Assembly (NCBI GenBank): GCA_964542645.1
Contig: CAZIUG010000008.1
Span: forward strand, 516,338-580,337
Direction: 5' to 3'
Origin: an uncultured Opitutales bacterium
Lineage (GTDB): Bacteria > Verrucomicrobiota > Verrucomicrobiia > Opitutales > UBA2987
DNA: 64,000 nt
Shown here piece after piece: positions 21,365 through 31,628 of the stretch. The position numbers were made by a program, and so were the translations under genes. How positions within the stretch are numbered: the first letter of the stretch is position 1; each line of letters starts with the position of its first letter. Under the pieces are notes generated by a model that saw nothing but the letters and a program-made list of their open reading frames with translations, ran no database searches and was not told the DNA's origin.

Positions 21365-22615
21365 TCAACATACAGGACGCTGAAATTGGCCCCGGAATGG
21401 CAGCATGATACATATGCCGATCGCAATAATGGCCGCCGCAATCCATCCCACTACCATAGGATCTGATTTCCCAACCAGCCAATAAGCGACAAAGGGAGCA
21501 ATTGCCCCGCGGACGCCTGTGAAAAACGTATTGATACTCATGTATGTAGACAAGTTCTGCAATGGAGCTATCTGAACAACCCACAACATCCATATGAGCC
21601 GTCCACCACTTAACGCGACACCGAACAGACTCATGCCAACCGCAATAACCCAAAGGGAGGAAGTAAAAAAGATAGTGAAAATCGATATCATAGAGATCAC
21701 GTTCGTTGTAACTCGGAGAACGATAAAATTCCAACGATCGAAGCAATAACCCCAAATCTTGGTAGAACCAATATAGGTAAGGAAAGGAACCACCCCGACA
21801 ATTAGACCAATCTGCTCATTTGTAGCATTAATGCCATAGCGATCATTAGCCAGATACTCGATGCGAATAGGAATTGTCATAATTTGCCCAAATCCCTGAA
21901 ACATCCACCCTATTAGCATCAGACAGAATACTCTGTTGCGAATAGCTTCTTTGAAGTCATGTACCGAACTCGGGGATTGCTCAGGCCGAATCGCGACATC
22001 AGGCATAGCCTTAAATGCAAAGACATTGAGAAAAAGAGCCAGAGCCGGAACGGCGAATAGAACCCGATAGTGCTCAATATCAAGATCTAACAATCGTCCT
22101 CCTCCGTAGGAAAAGCCAGCGGAGATTAAAGCCGAAAAGAGCATCGTGGTCGCGTATCTCGAACCGCGCTCATTCTCCGCATAATTCGAGGCGTAAATTG
22201 TAGTAAGGAGAGGAATTGTCTGCGCCAAGAAAACTGCCACAAAACCGATACAAATTAAGAAAGCCGGCAGAGCCCTAACTGAAATTGCTCCGAGCATAGC
22301 AAGCCCTCCTAGAAAAGAAAAGAGGGCGCAAATTCGCCCTGCGCTCCATCCCAATTTCGAACCGATAATAATCGTTAGTGGCGAGATCAAAAGCCCCACA
22401 GGCAAAGCCCCCGGAAGGATTGCCTTTAGCATATCTGGCGCGTGAAAAACTCGGATTGCCACAAGCAGACTAAAGGTAAGTAAAGAGGTCTCAACAAACC
22501 CTTGCATGCTCCCACGCAGCAGATCCAAGCGAAATGTCCTCGTTGCTACATCACTAGCTTCATTTAGAAATACGGCCGCAGTCTTCACTCCACTCTTATC
22601 AAGTCGTCCAGTCAC
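21365..22615 (-). CDS. MFS transporter
   Basis: About 12 hydrophobic segments, NERGSR and WGYCFDRWN loop motifs. Confidence 0.85.
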   Translation of the reverse strand: MTGRLDKSGVKTAAVFLNEASDVATRTFRLDLLRGSMQGFVETSLLTFSLLVAIRVFHAPDMLKAILPGALPVGLLISPLTIIIGSKLGWSAGRICALFSFLGGLAMLGAISVRALPAFLICIGFVAVFLAQTIPLLTTIYASNYAENERGSRYATTMLFSALISAGFSYGGGRLLDLDIEHYRVLFAVPALALFLNVFAFKAMPDVAIRPEQSPSSVHDFKEAIRNRVFCLMLIGWMFQGFGQIMTIPIRIEYLANDRYGINATNEQIGLIVGVVPFLTYIGSTKIWGYCFDRWNFIVLRVTTNVISMISIFTIFFTSSLWVIAVGMSLFGVALSGGRLIWMLWVVQIAPLQNLSTYMSINTFFTGVRGAIAPFVAYWLVGKSDPMVVGWIAAAIIAIGICIMLPFRGQFQRPVC

Positions 22616-22986
22616 ATAATTTCCGTTTTTGGTTCAACTTCCATTTTTTATCCTGGAAATGCGTTACCTCATCCGCATCTCTTGGCAACCCGAGGGAATG
22701 AACTGAAGCAGCAAATCTTTCACAAGGGTGCTTAGTTCCACACGGCCTTAGCAAGAAAAATCCCAATTCGCTTCTTTCGAATGCACGAATGTTTCATCCA
22801 TATTGCCACCGTTTCACTACTTCCAAGTTTCTCCGTTATCAACTTCGACTATGTTCTTAATAATACTCTGTTGTATTTTTTCTCAAGCCACCCTTTGAAC
22901 ATGGTTTTGATAAAACTCTTCTATCGAGCTTGCTTTATTAACCCTAAATCTTTGACCTGCCGTTTTAACCATCGATTCTAAAGCTA

Positions 22987-24033
22987 ATGATCACAAAAAA
23001 AGCAGACGATCTCTATATCCTGGTAAAAGAAATTTTCACTAAGGCCGGGAGCAAAGTGCATAATGCCGAGGACCTGGCCGACCACCTGATTCTAGCCAGC
23101 TTAAGCGGAGTCGACACCCATGGAATATGGCACGTATTGCGGTATCTTAATTCGATCCGTGATGGAGAAATTCTACCCTCCTCTATCCCAGAGATCGTCA
23201 AAGAAACTCCCACAAGCGCACTGATCAAAGGAAACTGGTGCTTCGGTCAGGTCTCAGCTAAGTATGCGATGAAAGTCGCTATCGAAAAGGCGAAGCAATC
23301 GAATATCGCAGCTGTGGGCCTAGTAAAAACTCACCACATTGGTCGATTAGGACACTACGTGGAAATGGCTACCGCCGAAGAGATGATAGGGATGATCTGG
23401 GCTGGAGGATTTGGTGAAGAAGAACCTATGACAGCACCCTTCGGAGGACGAGAACGAGTCCTGCACACAAATCCAATCTCGATGGGATTCCCTATCGTTG
23501 AAGAAATTCCCCTGATGTTCGATTGGGCTACCACATCCCTTTCCGGTGTCAAAGTCATTAATGCCGAGCGGCGTGGGGAATCGCTGCCCCCAAACTGTAT
23601 TATCGACAAAGAAGGGAATCCCACCACAGATGCATCGGGCATTTCCGACGGCGGAAGCTATCTTCCCTTTGGCGCACACAAGGGCTATTGCCTGATGATG
23701 GCGGTCGAGTACCTCGGACGAATCTTCACCGGCGCTGATGATTTCGTGGAGCCTGGTAGGGGCGGCCCTATTTTCCGACATCAGGGCGTCACAATGATCG
23801 TAATGAAATCGGACCTTTTCCGTAGCCTCTCCGATTATTCAGAATCGGCCCGAGAAATGCGCGAAAGGGTCAAGGCATCTAAACCCGCCCCAGGATTTGA
23901 CGGAGTCCTCGCCCCTGGCGATATGGAATCACGCAATCGCGAAATACGCAGGCGCGACGGCATACCCATCGCTGACGATGTCTGGCAATCTATCTGCGAA
24001 GCAGCCGAACGAATGGGCGTCAAAACTCCTTAG
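22987..24033 (+). CDS. Ldh_2 family (malate/L-lactate/sulfolactate type 2) oxidoreductase
   Basis: GVDTHG, HHIGRLG, TNPISMG, FDWAT, HKGYCL. Confidence 0.9.
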   Translation: MITKKADDLYILVKEIFTKAGSKVHNAEDLADHLILASLSGVDTHGIWHVLRYLNSIRDGEILPSSIPEIVKETPTSALIKGNWCFGQVSAKYAMKVAIEKAKQSNIAAVGLVKTHHIGRLGHYVEMATAEEMIGMIWAGGFGEEEPMTAPFGGRERVLHTNPISMGFPIVEEIPLMFDWATTSLSGVKVINAERRGESLPPNCIIDKEGNPTTDASGISDGGSYLPFGAHKGYCLMMAVEYLGRIFTGADDFVEPGRGGPIFRHQGVTMIVMKSDLFRSLSDYSESAREMRERVKASKPAPGFDGVLAPGDMESRNREIRRRDGIPIADDVWQSICEAAERMGVKTP

Positions 24034-24064
24034 CTTGAAGCTTACGAATTGCTCCGAGCCATAG

Positions 24065-25534
24065 ATGAAAGGAATACCTAATGTACTCTGGTACTGCAGT
24101 GACCAGCAGCGCTTTGACACAATTGGCGCCCTAGGAAATCCTCATATTAACACACCTCGCATTGATCGATTTCTGGAACGGTCTGTCGCATTCACCCACG
24201 CCTTCTGCCAATCGCCTATATGCTCTCCGAGCCGTGCAAGTTTTCTGACAGGCGTTTATCCGAGCGTAATAGGGGTCAATGGTAACGGGTATGAATTTTT
24301 CCCTAAAAACTATGAAGACCGACTGATTTCACATCAACTCGCTCAAGCCGGTTACGACTGCGGATTGGTAGGCAAGCTTCACCTTTCGGGAGCTGCCAGA
24401 GGACGAGAAAATCGAGTTAACGATGGATACCGATACTTTCAATATAGCCATTCTCAAAAAGGACCGGATCAAAAGGGCCATGACTACGCTAGGTGGATCC
24501 ACGATCGAGGGGCAAACCCTCACGAATTGATGGCTCCAGAGAGCCCACAAACCTATCGATTCGGGTCCAAGGTTAAAAGCTTTTCAGGGCTCTATGAACC
24601 CTCGCTAGATCAAGACAATATACCGCCCGCACTCCACCAGACTTTCTGGTGCACCGAAAAGGGCATCGATTTTATTCAGCAACCCCGTCCCCCTGGTCAA
24701 CCATGGCTCTTGAGCGTCAACCCTTTCGATCCGCACCCTCCTTTTGATCCGCCCTTTGAGTACTACCGCCGTTATGATCCGGATACCTTACCAGGAGCTC
24801 ATTTTGAGAAAACCGACCTCGTTCACCAATCAATGCTGACCAACGCCGGAATCGATTTTCAGTCCGAGCCCCATCCACCAGAGCATTGGGAGCATCAGAA
24901 AGTCCAAGCTTCCTATTATGCCATGATCGAACAAATCGACCATGAGTTCGGGCGATTACTTGACGCTCTTGATACATCCGGACAGCGAGATAATACCATC
25001 GTCATTTTCGCCAGTGACCACGGCGAAGCACTTTGTGACCACGGACTCGTCGGCAAAGGATGTCGCTTTTTAGAAGGCATGGTTCGAGTGCCTCTGATCA
25101 TCTCGTGGCCTGGCCATTACCAGGAAGGGGTCGTCACTGACACTCTCGTAGAACTGACGGATCTCGCTCCTACTCTTTATGATGCAGTCCAACTACCTGT
25201 CCCAAGTTTTATCCAGGGTAAATCCCTCCACACCATGCTCCGGGGGGAAGCCTTCGAGTATCATCGCGATTTCGTCCGTTGCGAATTCTTCGGCGCAATC
25301 GATTATCCCGACCAAACTCATGCTACTATGTATCGTGACCACAAATGGAAACTTAACTGCTATCACAGCAAAGATATTTGTGAACTCTACGACCTCGAAA
25401 CCGATCCATGGGAACATAATGACCTCTCCCAAAATCCCGACTTCCTAGAATTGAAATCTCAACTTCTCAGCAAAAGCCTAGATGCTATGGTTTACGCTCT
25501 CCCATCGAGTCCAGCAAGAGTAATGCCGTTTTAA
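24065..25534 (+). CDS. Formylglycine-dependent sulfatase
   Basis: PNVLWYCSDQQR, CSPSRASFLTG, GKLH, PHPPF, SDHG. Confidence 0.93.
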   Translation: MKGIPNVLWYCSDQQRFDTIGALGNPHINTPRIDRFLERSVAFTHAFCQSPICSPSRASFLTGVYPSVIGVNGNGYEFFPKNYEDRLISHQLAQAGYDCGLVGKLHLSGAARGRENRVNDGYRYFQYSHSQKGPDQKGHDYARWIHDRGANPHELMAPESPQTYRFGSKVKSFSGLYEPSLDQDNIPPALHQTFWCTEKGIDFIQQPRPPGQPWLLSVNPFDPHPPFDPPFEYYRRYDPDTLPGAHFEKTDLVHQSMLTNAGIDFQSEPHPPEHWEHQKVQASYYAMIEQIDHEFGRLLDALDTSGQRDNTIVIFASDHGEALCDHGLVGKGCRFLEGMVRVPLIISWPGHYQEGVVTDTLVELTDLAPTLYDAVQLPVPSFIQGKSLHTMLRGEAFEYHRDFVRCEFFGAIDYPDQTHATMYRDHKWKLNCYHSKDICELYDLETDPWEHNDLSQNPDFLELKSQLLSKSLDAMVYALPSSPARVMPF

Positions 25535-25564
25535 TAGATCACCTCTAGCCTTCTGGCTCATTTA

Positions 25565-27415
25565 TTACCATCGGTATGAGAAGGAGGAGGAGATCTGCCT
25601 CCCCACCCCAGGCGTACCAGGAATCTCTTCGAAATCGCTGTCGAACAAGTTGTCTACAGTAAATCCCAATCGCAATCCAGTGAACCGAGGCACTATCCAA
25701 TGCAAACTAAGAGCGCTGAGAACAGCAGTGTCTGCACTGCGTCGCAAAAGGTTCTTATGCTGAGAACGCAATTCAGTGTCCATACGCATTTCAAACTGAT
25801 CGAAGAAGCTATAAGTGAAAGCAGCCGTGAAACGATGACGTGGATAATTCAATGCGTAAAAACTAGCGTCAATATTTGCGCTCTCGTAATCTTCAGTCTT
25901 ACTAAGGTAGGAGTAACCCAATATTAAATTGATATCCTTTAAACCTGCAAAAAACATAAACTCTCCCCCAAATGTATCGATATCGACATGATTTGCGGAT
26001 CGGGCAGAAGTGCTGCCAAAGCTATATGTCCAGTCCAATAAATCGTGATCTACCCGGTAGAAGAAAGCGACGCGACCTTTCCAATTTGGACGACCAAACT
26101 CCGCCCCAACCTCAACATTCTGGCTGCGCTCGCGCGCGGCATCTGGTTTACCACGAAAGAGACCGCCTTTGGCGTTTGCACCAAGAACCGTATATCCGGG
26201 GACCTGGCTGCTCTCAGCGAATTCAAAATAGATACGCTGACCGCTACCATAACCATCACTTCTAGAAAAGGCTATTGCAGCCACTGGAGACAGTTCTGAA
26301 CCCTCTCGGTTGGTGTCGTCGTAACTAGCGCCGACGCGTAAAGCTAACTCCTTCCCATTTCCGTAGAGATGACGCCACTCAGGCAGAAAGGAAAATTTGT
26401 AGTAATCTCGTGAGCGAAAAGGGCCATATACGAGGTTTGTTGAGGTTATCTCATCGGAAACGAATTGTCCGCTATAGTTTAACGCAAGAACTTTGAAAAA
26501 TTCCCTTCCCGAAAATCCTGCCGCCCAAACAATCGTCTCATGTTGAAAAGGATTATACTGCCCGGGATAGTGACGATTGAATTCATAATCATCTCGATGT
26601 CTGCGGTAATAGCCTGTGAATTCAAAAAAATCTCCTTCTACGCTATCTCGTCTATGGTTGATCAAGTAAAGAGTTGATTGGAGATTCTCGGTTTCATCGA
26701 CATTAAAAGGAGTATACATGTTAGGCCATCCAAAGAACTTTGATTGATATCCAGCAAAAAGATCCGTCTGTGCCCGCTCCTCTTGAAACTGGATTCTTCC
26801 CGAGAACCGATTGAAATCGTGGTCCCCTTTAGAAATCGTTCCGTCGGAATTCGAACGGGCAAAGGAAAAGTCAAACCCTAGGTTTTTCCTACCGTCACCG
26901 AATCCTAACGACTCCCCTGTATAGATCCTTTGGATACTGGAATTGTTGTCACCGATACCGCCGATAGCCTCACCTCCCTTGCGTATAGCGTCCCAGCTGT
27001 AGTTCACCGTCCCTACCGTGGAATTGAATCCAACATGCGTATTCTGAATTCCGGTAATGACTTCCGGGGCAGAGATCATTGCAGGATCGATCGGGATTTC
27101 CGCGAAATAATGTCCGGTCTGCGGATCGAACAATGTTGCTGCTCCAACCCTAAACCCAGTATTCTCAAAAATGCCCCCACGAATCGTTACGTCGCTTTGG
27201 GCTTCGGCAAAGTTTCGACTCTGGAGATCGATCAGAGGCTCATAGCGGAGCTTCGTAACCACGGTGGGATAGCTCTCTGAAGGATCGGTGTTGGCTACCC
27301 TTGAATCCGTTACTGTCAGCTCCGGTAAAATAAAGAATGTCGCGGAGTTCTTAGATGCCGTCTGAGCAAAACATACTAAGGGAGAAATAAAGATTACCCA
27401 AAAATGAATCTTCAT
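25565..27415 (-). CDS. TonB-dependent outer-membrane receptor
   Basis: Signal peptide, LPELTVT TonB-box-like, plug (IRGG..ENTG), VDNLFD, C-terminal SFSYRW. Confidence 0.88.
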   Translation of the reverse strand: MKIHFWVIFISPLVCFAQTASKNSATFFILPELTVTDSRVANTDPSESYPTVVTKLRYEPLIDLQSRNFAEAQSDVTIRGGIFENTGFRVGAATLFDPQTGHYFAEIPIDPAMISAPEVITGIQNTHVGFNSTVGTVNYSWDAIRKGGEAIGGIGDNNSSIQRIYTGESLGFGDGRKNLGFDFSFARSNSDGTISKGDHDFNRFSGRIQFQEERAQTDLFAGYQSKFFGWPNMYTPFNVDETENLQSTLYLINHRRDSVEGDFFEFTGYYRRHRDDYEFNRHYPGQYNPFQHETIVWAAGFSGREFFKVLALNYSGQFVSDEITSTNLVYGPFRSRDYYKFSFLPEWRHLYGNGKELALRVGASYDDTNREGSELSPVAAIAFSRSDGYGSGQRIYFEFAESSQVPGYTVLGANAKGGLFRGKPDAARERSQNVEVGAEFGRPNWKGRVAFFYRVDHDLLDWTYSFGSTSARSANHVDIDTFGGEFMFFAGLKDINLILGYSYLSKTEDYESANIDASFYALNYPRHRFTAAFTYSFFDQFEMRMDTELRSQHKNLLRRSADTAVLSALSLHWIVPRFTGLRLGFTVDNLFDSDFEEIPGTPGVGRQISSSFSYRW

Positions 27416-27845
27416 CCGACGAAGAAAGCCGCTTTTTAAGTAGAGATCAACCGTCAACTCTACCCAATCCCATTAGGAAACTTCGCTTTGGAAGCAAGGA
27501 TTGGAATAAATCAATGGTTTCAGATTCATCAGATCAGGACGCTAATGGACGATCTGTTCATATTAAGTGAATAATTCAGGTACCCTCTGGAGACTACAGC
27601 AGGCAAATGCTATATAACTGGAAAGCAGTTCCTCCTTGCCACTAAATTTCTATTGAAAATTTCAAGCCGCGCTAGGGATATTCACGCAAGACCCGCATAT
27701 GCGACTGTCCCAGAAGAAGTAAAATTACAGATTGCACAAATAATTCTATTGACCGCACTACTCAAGGCTCGACGGCCCAGCCAAATAAGATTTGGCTACT
27801 TGTTGTTTCCCCATGAAATGTTATAATTGCTAAATCTGAAGCTTG

Positions 27846-28298
27846 ATGGGAAGAATCGAAGGAACATACCACACCTCCTACACGGTAAGCGATATGAAGC
27901 GCTCGTTGGCTTTCTATCGTGACCTAATGGGATTCGAGGTTTTCAGCGAACGACCTGCTGTCACGAGCACTTACTTCCGCAGGATTGTTGGATTTCCAGA
28001 TGCAAAAGTGTACGCTGTTTTACTTAGGATTCCTGGTTCTGACCATGTCCTTGAGTTGCTTGAGTACAGGCACCCTCAGGGTATCAAGCAGGATCTGACA
28101 CCTAATAACCCAGGAAGTAGTCACATCGCCTACATCGTTGATAACCTACAATCGATCTATGAGCGCCTACGAAAAGCAGAGATAGAATTTATCTCACCAC
28201 CGGTCTACTTGGACGAAGGACCCAGCAAGGGGGGGTGGGCCCTCTACCTAAAGGATCCTGATGGGATTATAGTCGAACTGTTTCAGGGAGCGCGATGA
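27846..28298 (+). CDS. VOC (glyoxalase-like) family protein
   Basis: HTSYTVSDMKRSLAFY, LELLEY, HIAY, DPDGIIVEL. Confidence 0.9.
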   Translation: MGRIEGTYHTSYTVSDMKRSLAFYRDLMGFEVFSERPAVTSTYFRRIVGFPDAKVYAVLLRIPGSDHVLELLEYRHPQGIKQDLTPNNPGSSHIAYIVDNLQSIYERLRKAEIEFISPPVYLDEGPSKGGWALYLKDPDGIIVELFQGAR

Positions 28299-28470
28299 TA
28301 GGTCTAGAGCTTCATAATCGGCCGTATAATTATATTGTGGTACATAGTAGTTACACTCGTTCGTACCCTCATTGTTCTTGGGTGATTCCTTATTCCCATT
28401 TTTGATTTAAAAATCCTCTCCTTCTAACCACTAAATTGTGAACCTTTAAACCCTGAATGAGATAATTTTC

Positions 28471-29241
28471 ATGGGTGAATTAGAAGGAAGAATCGCTATA
28501 GTAACTGGCAGCGGAGGTGGCATTGGGTTTGGAATTGCAGAGAGGCTTGGTCGGGCAGGAGCCAAGGTGGTCGTTGCCGAAATCAATCCAGCAACTGGAA
28601 AGGAAGCCGTCCAACAATTGAAAGGTGCCGGCCTTAAAGCGTCACTGGTCGAGACTGATGTCTGTAGCCCAGAGAGCGTAAATTCGCTTGTTAATAGCGT
28701 TATGGCTGATTACGGCCGGATTGATATCCTCATCAACAATGCTGGTGTGGCGAAAATGGGGCCTACTGAAACCTTCCCTCTGGATGACTGGTATACTCAG
28801 TCAGATATCATGTACAATGGAGTCTTTCTGTGCATCCGTGCTGTTGGACAAGTAATGTTGGAACAGAGGAAAGGAGTTATTCTTAACGTTTGCTCAATCG
28901 GAGGTATGGGAGCCTGGCCCCTACGCGCTTCATACAACAGCGCTAAAGCCGCGGTTATCAGCCTAACGGAAAATATTGGCGCTGAATGGGCACGGCGCGG
29001 GGTGCGTGTGGTCGGAGTAGCACCTGGAGTAACCTGGACAGCTATGTTAAAAAATGCGGTCGAGCAAGGATTTGCCTCGCTCGAAGAATATAACAGCCGG
29101 ACACCAATGGGTAGAGTTGGCGAAGTAGATGAAATTGCCTCAGTGGTCCAGTTTCTGGTCAGCGACCGTGCCAGCTATATTACTGCCACCGTCGTAACTG
29201 TGGACGGAGGATGGGTGGCATGGGGAAACTTACCTTTTTGA
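28471..29241 (+). CDS. SDR oxidoreductase
   Basis: TGSGGGIG, NNAG, YNSAK, VDGG. Confidence 0.93.
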   Translation: MGELEGRIAIVTGSGGGIGFGIAERLGRAGAKVVVAEINPATGKEAVQQLKGAGLKASLVETDVCSPESVNSLVNSVMADYGRIDILINNAGVAKMGPTETFPLDDWYTQSDIMYNGVFLCIRAVGQVMLEQRKGVILNVCSIGGMGAWPLRASYNSAKAAVISLTENIGAEWARRGVRVVGVAPGVTWTAMLKNAVEQGFASLEEYNSRTPMGRVGEVDEIASVVQFLVSDRASYITATVVTVDGGWVAWGNLPF

Positions 29242-29262
29242 CTTAAATCGGAGGAAATCAGA

Positions 29263-30033
29263 ATCAAGTTTCAAGACAAAGTCACGTGTATTACGGGAGC
29301 AGGGAACGGCATTGGCTTCAGCTTGGCGGAGGCTTTTGCAAAAGAAGGCTCAACCGTTATCATCGCGGAAATCGACCCCGAAATTGGTAAAAAGGCAGCC
29401 AAAAAACTAGATGTGACCTACGAACAATTAGATGTTCGTGATCCCATTGCGGTCAAAAAAGTCGTGGAGTCGATAAGAGATCGCTTTGAACGTATAGATA
29501 TTTGGATCAATAATGCAGGAGTTGCTCACAAAGGTACGGTCGTAGATCTCGATCCAACCGAATGGGATACAGACATCGATGTAATGCTGAATGGCGCCTT
29601 TTATTGCGCTAACCAAGTCGGTAAGATAATGTTGGAACAGGGCAGCGGGAACATGATCAATATCGCTTCGGTTAATGGGCTCCTAGCTCAGAAAGCTCGT
29701 GCTTCTTATTGCTCGGCCAAGGCTGGATTGATAATGTTGACGAAAGTGTTGGCGTCTGAATGGGCGGAACATGGAGTGCGGGTAAACGCTGTGGCTCCGG
29801 GTGTGGTTATGACCGACCTCGTTCAGGAAGGAATCAGAAAAGGTATTGCCACCGAAGAGACCTACTTAGGGCGAATCCCCATGGGTCGTCTGGGGAACTT
29901 ACAAGAAGTCGTCGAATCCGTACTCTTCTTAGCTAACGATGAGGAATCATCCTTTATAACCGGTGAGATTCTAAGGGTAGATGGTGGTTGGACTTCCTAC
30001 CATTTCTATCATCCGTTTCAAAGTAAGTCATAG
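29263..30033 (+). CDS. SDR oxidoreductase; start uncertain (ATC at 29263 after GGAGG, or readthrough from upstream SDR)
   Basis: Frame upstream of ORF-track start encodes IKFQDKVTCITGAGNGIG (Rossmann motif); NNAG, YCSAK, VDGG. Confidence 0.85.
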   Translation: MKFQDKVTCITGAGNGIGFSLAEAFAKEGSTVIIAEIDPEIGKKAAKKLDVTYEQLDVRDPIAVKKVVESIRDRFERIDIWINNAGVAHKGTVVDLDPTEWDTDIDVMLNGAFYCANQVGKIMLEQGSGNMINIASVNGLLAQKARASYCSAKAGLIMLTKVLASEWAEHGVRVNAVAPGVVMTDLVQEGIRKGIATEETYLGRIPMGRLGNLQEVVESVLFLANDEESSFITGEILRVDGGWTSYHFYHPFQSKS

Positions 30034-30078
30034 TGAGTTTTCAAGGGGGCGTTGAAGATAAAATAAGCCGCGACAATG

Positions 30079-31479
30079 TTACCAACCGATTCTCGAACTG
30101 GGTATTTCTCCGTACGCTCGATGGCGCGCGATCGCCATTGGCATTGTTTCAACATATTCACCCCTTATCGCATAGAGCCGCGCACTGTTCAGCTCAACCT
30201 CAACACGAATAAACTGTCCTCTTAGCGATCCCATCCTTTTACCTGATCTCCACTCTGGAGACCAGGCAGTGTCGTCACCAGAAAAGGGCTTGCAGTCTTC
30301 GAAAGTGAACCCGTCCAGCGGGGTGCCAACCTGATCGGTAACCTGCGCTCGCGCAGATCCACCTTGGCTTGAAACATTCAGTTCCACCTCTCCATCACAC
30401 CAGTATATGGGTCTCATCCCTACCAAGCCAATACCGCCACAGCTCTCCAGATAGCAAAACCCGTCGCGACGCAACCAATAGACCACAATGGAACCAGATC
30501 CTTTAGGAGGAACCCCATGTTCGTGAGTACAAGCCGAAGCATAGATCAGGAGCGACCCATCTGCCTGCACTACAACCGATCCAGGGTAAACGCACCCAGA
30601 ATCGGGTTCACCTGGGTTACCGTTAGGAATAAAGGGATCCCGTAGACCCCGGTGCCAATGCCAGCCGTTGAGACTGTAAACCAGCTGACAGTCAATGTGG
30701 CCTCCTCTAAACCGGCGGATCGAAGGATCCCAAGGTACTGGGTGAAAGAGCCATAGAAAACCGATGTAATAGCCGGAATAGGGTAATACTGCCATGCCGT
30801 ATGGCTCAGTCAGCGGGGAGTCCAGACCATCCGGATGAACAACCAATTCCGGATCCGAGTAATGGATCCAGTCTGTCGTCTCCACCGCAGCAATCCGCCG
30901 ATCAAGAACCTCATGACGTGTAAGAATAACATAGCTCTGGCGCACTTCATTCCAGAAGGCAAATATACCAGGATCACCTCCAAATTTAAGCCAGGCACCC
31001 TTTTCTTTGCGCCTCCACCGGAGCCCATCGGGTGATACAAGTAATACAGCACGCCCACCACCCGCAATTCCTTTCGGAAACGAAATTTGGAAAGCTTTGA
31101 TGCGCTCTCTAGGCTCCGCAAGTTCATCGACGAAACAGGAGCCCCACTCCATATTCTCCTCGACGGGTACGACCTGGTGCAATAGGAGCCTTTCCGAAAG
31201 GTCGACCTCCATAGAGGTATCTCTTGGAGACCATTGAAGTCCATTACTGCTCTCAGCTAGGACTTGAGCAAACTTTTCGGGGGGATTAACAGCAGTTTGA
31301 TAGACCATCCGCCAAGTCCCACTCTTCTCATTCCAGAAGACCGTGGGATAGCCGTAGGAAATGTCTCCATACGTGTCGCGATAAATGGCATCATCAATTC
31401 GCTTAGGTTGACCGAGTTTTCGAATCACATTGAAGATTCGGTTTAGTCTATGGTCGTCAAAAAGAAGTGTGGTGGTCAT
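30079..31479 (-). CDS. Hypothetical protein, probable five-bladed beta-propeller glycosidase-like fold
   Basis: Repeated SxD/NGxxW turns (SSNGLQW, SPDGLRW, SLNGWHW), GDPG, EPYGM, RRDGF, C-terminal GFTFEDC sandwich. Confidence 0.6.
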   Translation of the reverse strand: MTTTLLFDDHRLNRIFNVIRKLGQPKRIDDAIYRDTYGDISYGYPTVFWNEKSGTWRMVYQTAVNPPEKFAQVLAESSNGLQWSPRDTSMEVDLSERLLLHQVVPVEENMEWGSCFVDELAEPRERIKAFQISFPKGIAGGGRAVLLVSPDGLRWRRKEKGAWLKFGGDPGIFAFWNEVRQSYVILTRHEVLDRRIAAVETTDWIHYSDPELVVHPDGLDSPLTEPYGMAVLPYSGYYIGFLWLFHPVPWDPSIRRFRGGHIDCQLVYSLNGWHWHRGLRDPFIPNGNPGEPDSGCVYPGSVVVQADGSLLIYASACTHEHGVPPKGSGSIVVYWLRRDGFCYLESCGGIGLVGMRPIYWCDGEVELNVSSQGGSARAQVTDQVGTPLDGFTFEDCKPFSGDDTAWSPEWRSGKRMGSLRGQFIRVEVELNSARLYAIRGEYVETMPMAIARHRAYGEIPSSRIGW

Positions 31480-31628
31480 AAACTCTTTCTTCTAAAGGTA
31501 CAATTATCGAGATCCATGAAATTCACCAGTAAACCCGCAGTTAATGGGATTAATTCATCATACTTTGGATCATCCGGATCCTGAAGAATCCATTCGACGA
31601 TCTCAAAAGAAAAAGCAATTATTGGAAA

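Noticed and set aside
27416-27845. Cobalamin riboswitch upstream of the TonB receptor
   Set aside because: No B12-box or other conserved core elements recognised on the minus strand
29239-29290. Selenocysteine recoding of the TGA between the SDRs
   Set aside because: TGA lies in a linker not an active site, no convincing SECIS hairpin, and the SelA-like gene looks like the non-Sec DgaE type
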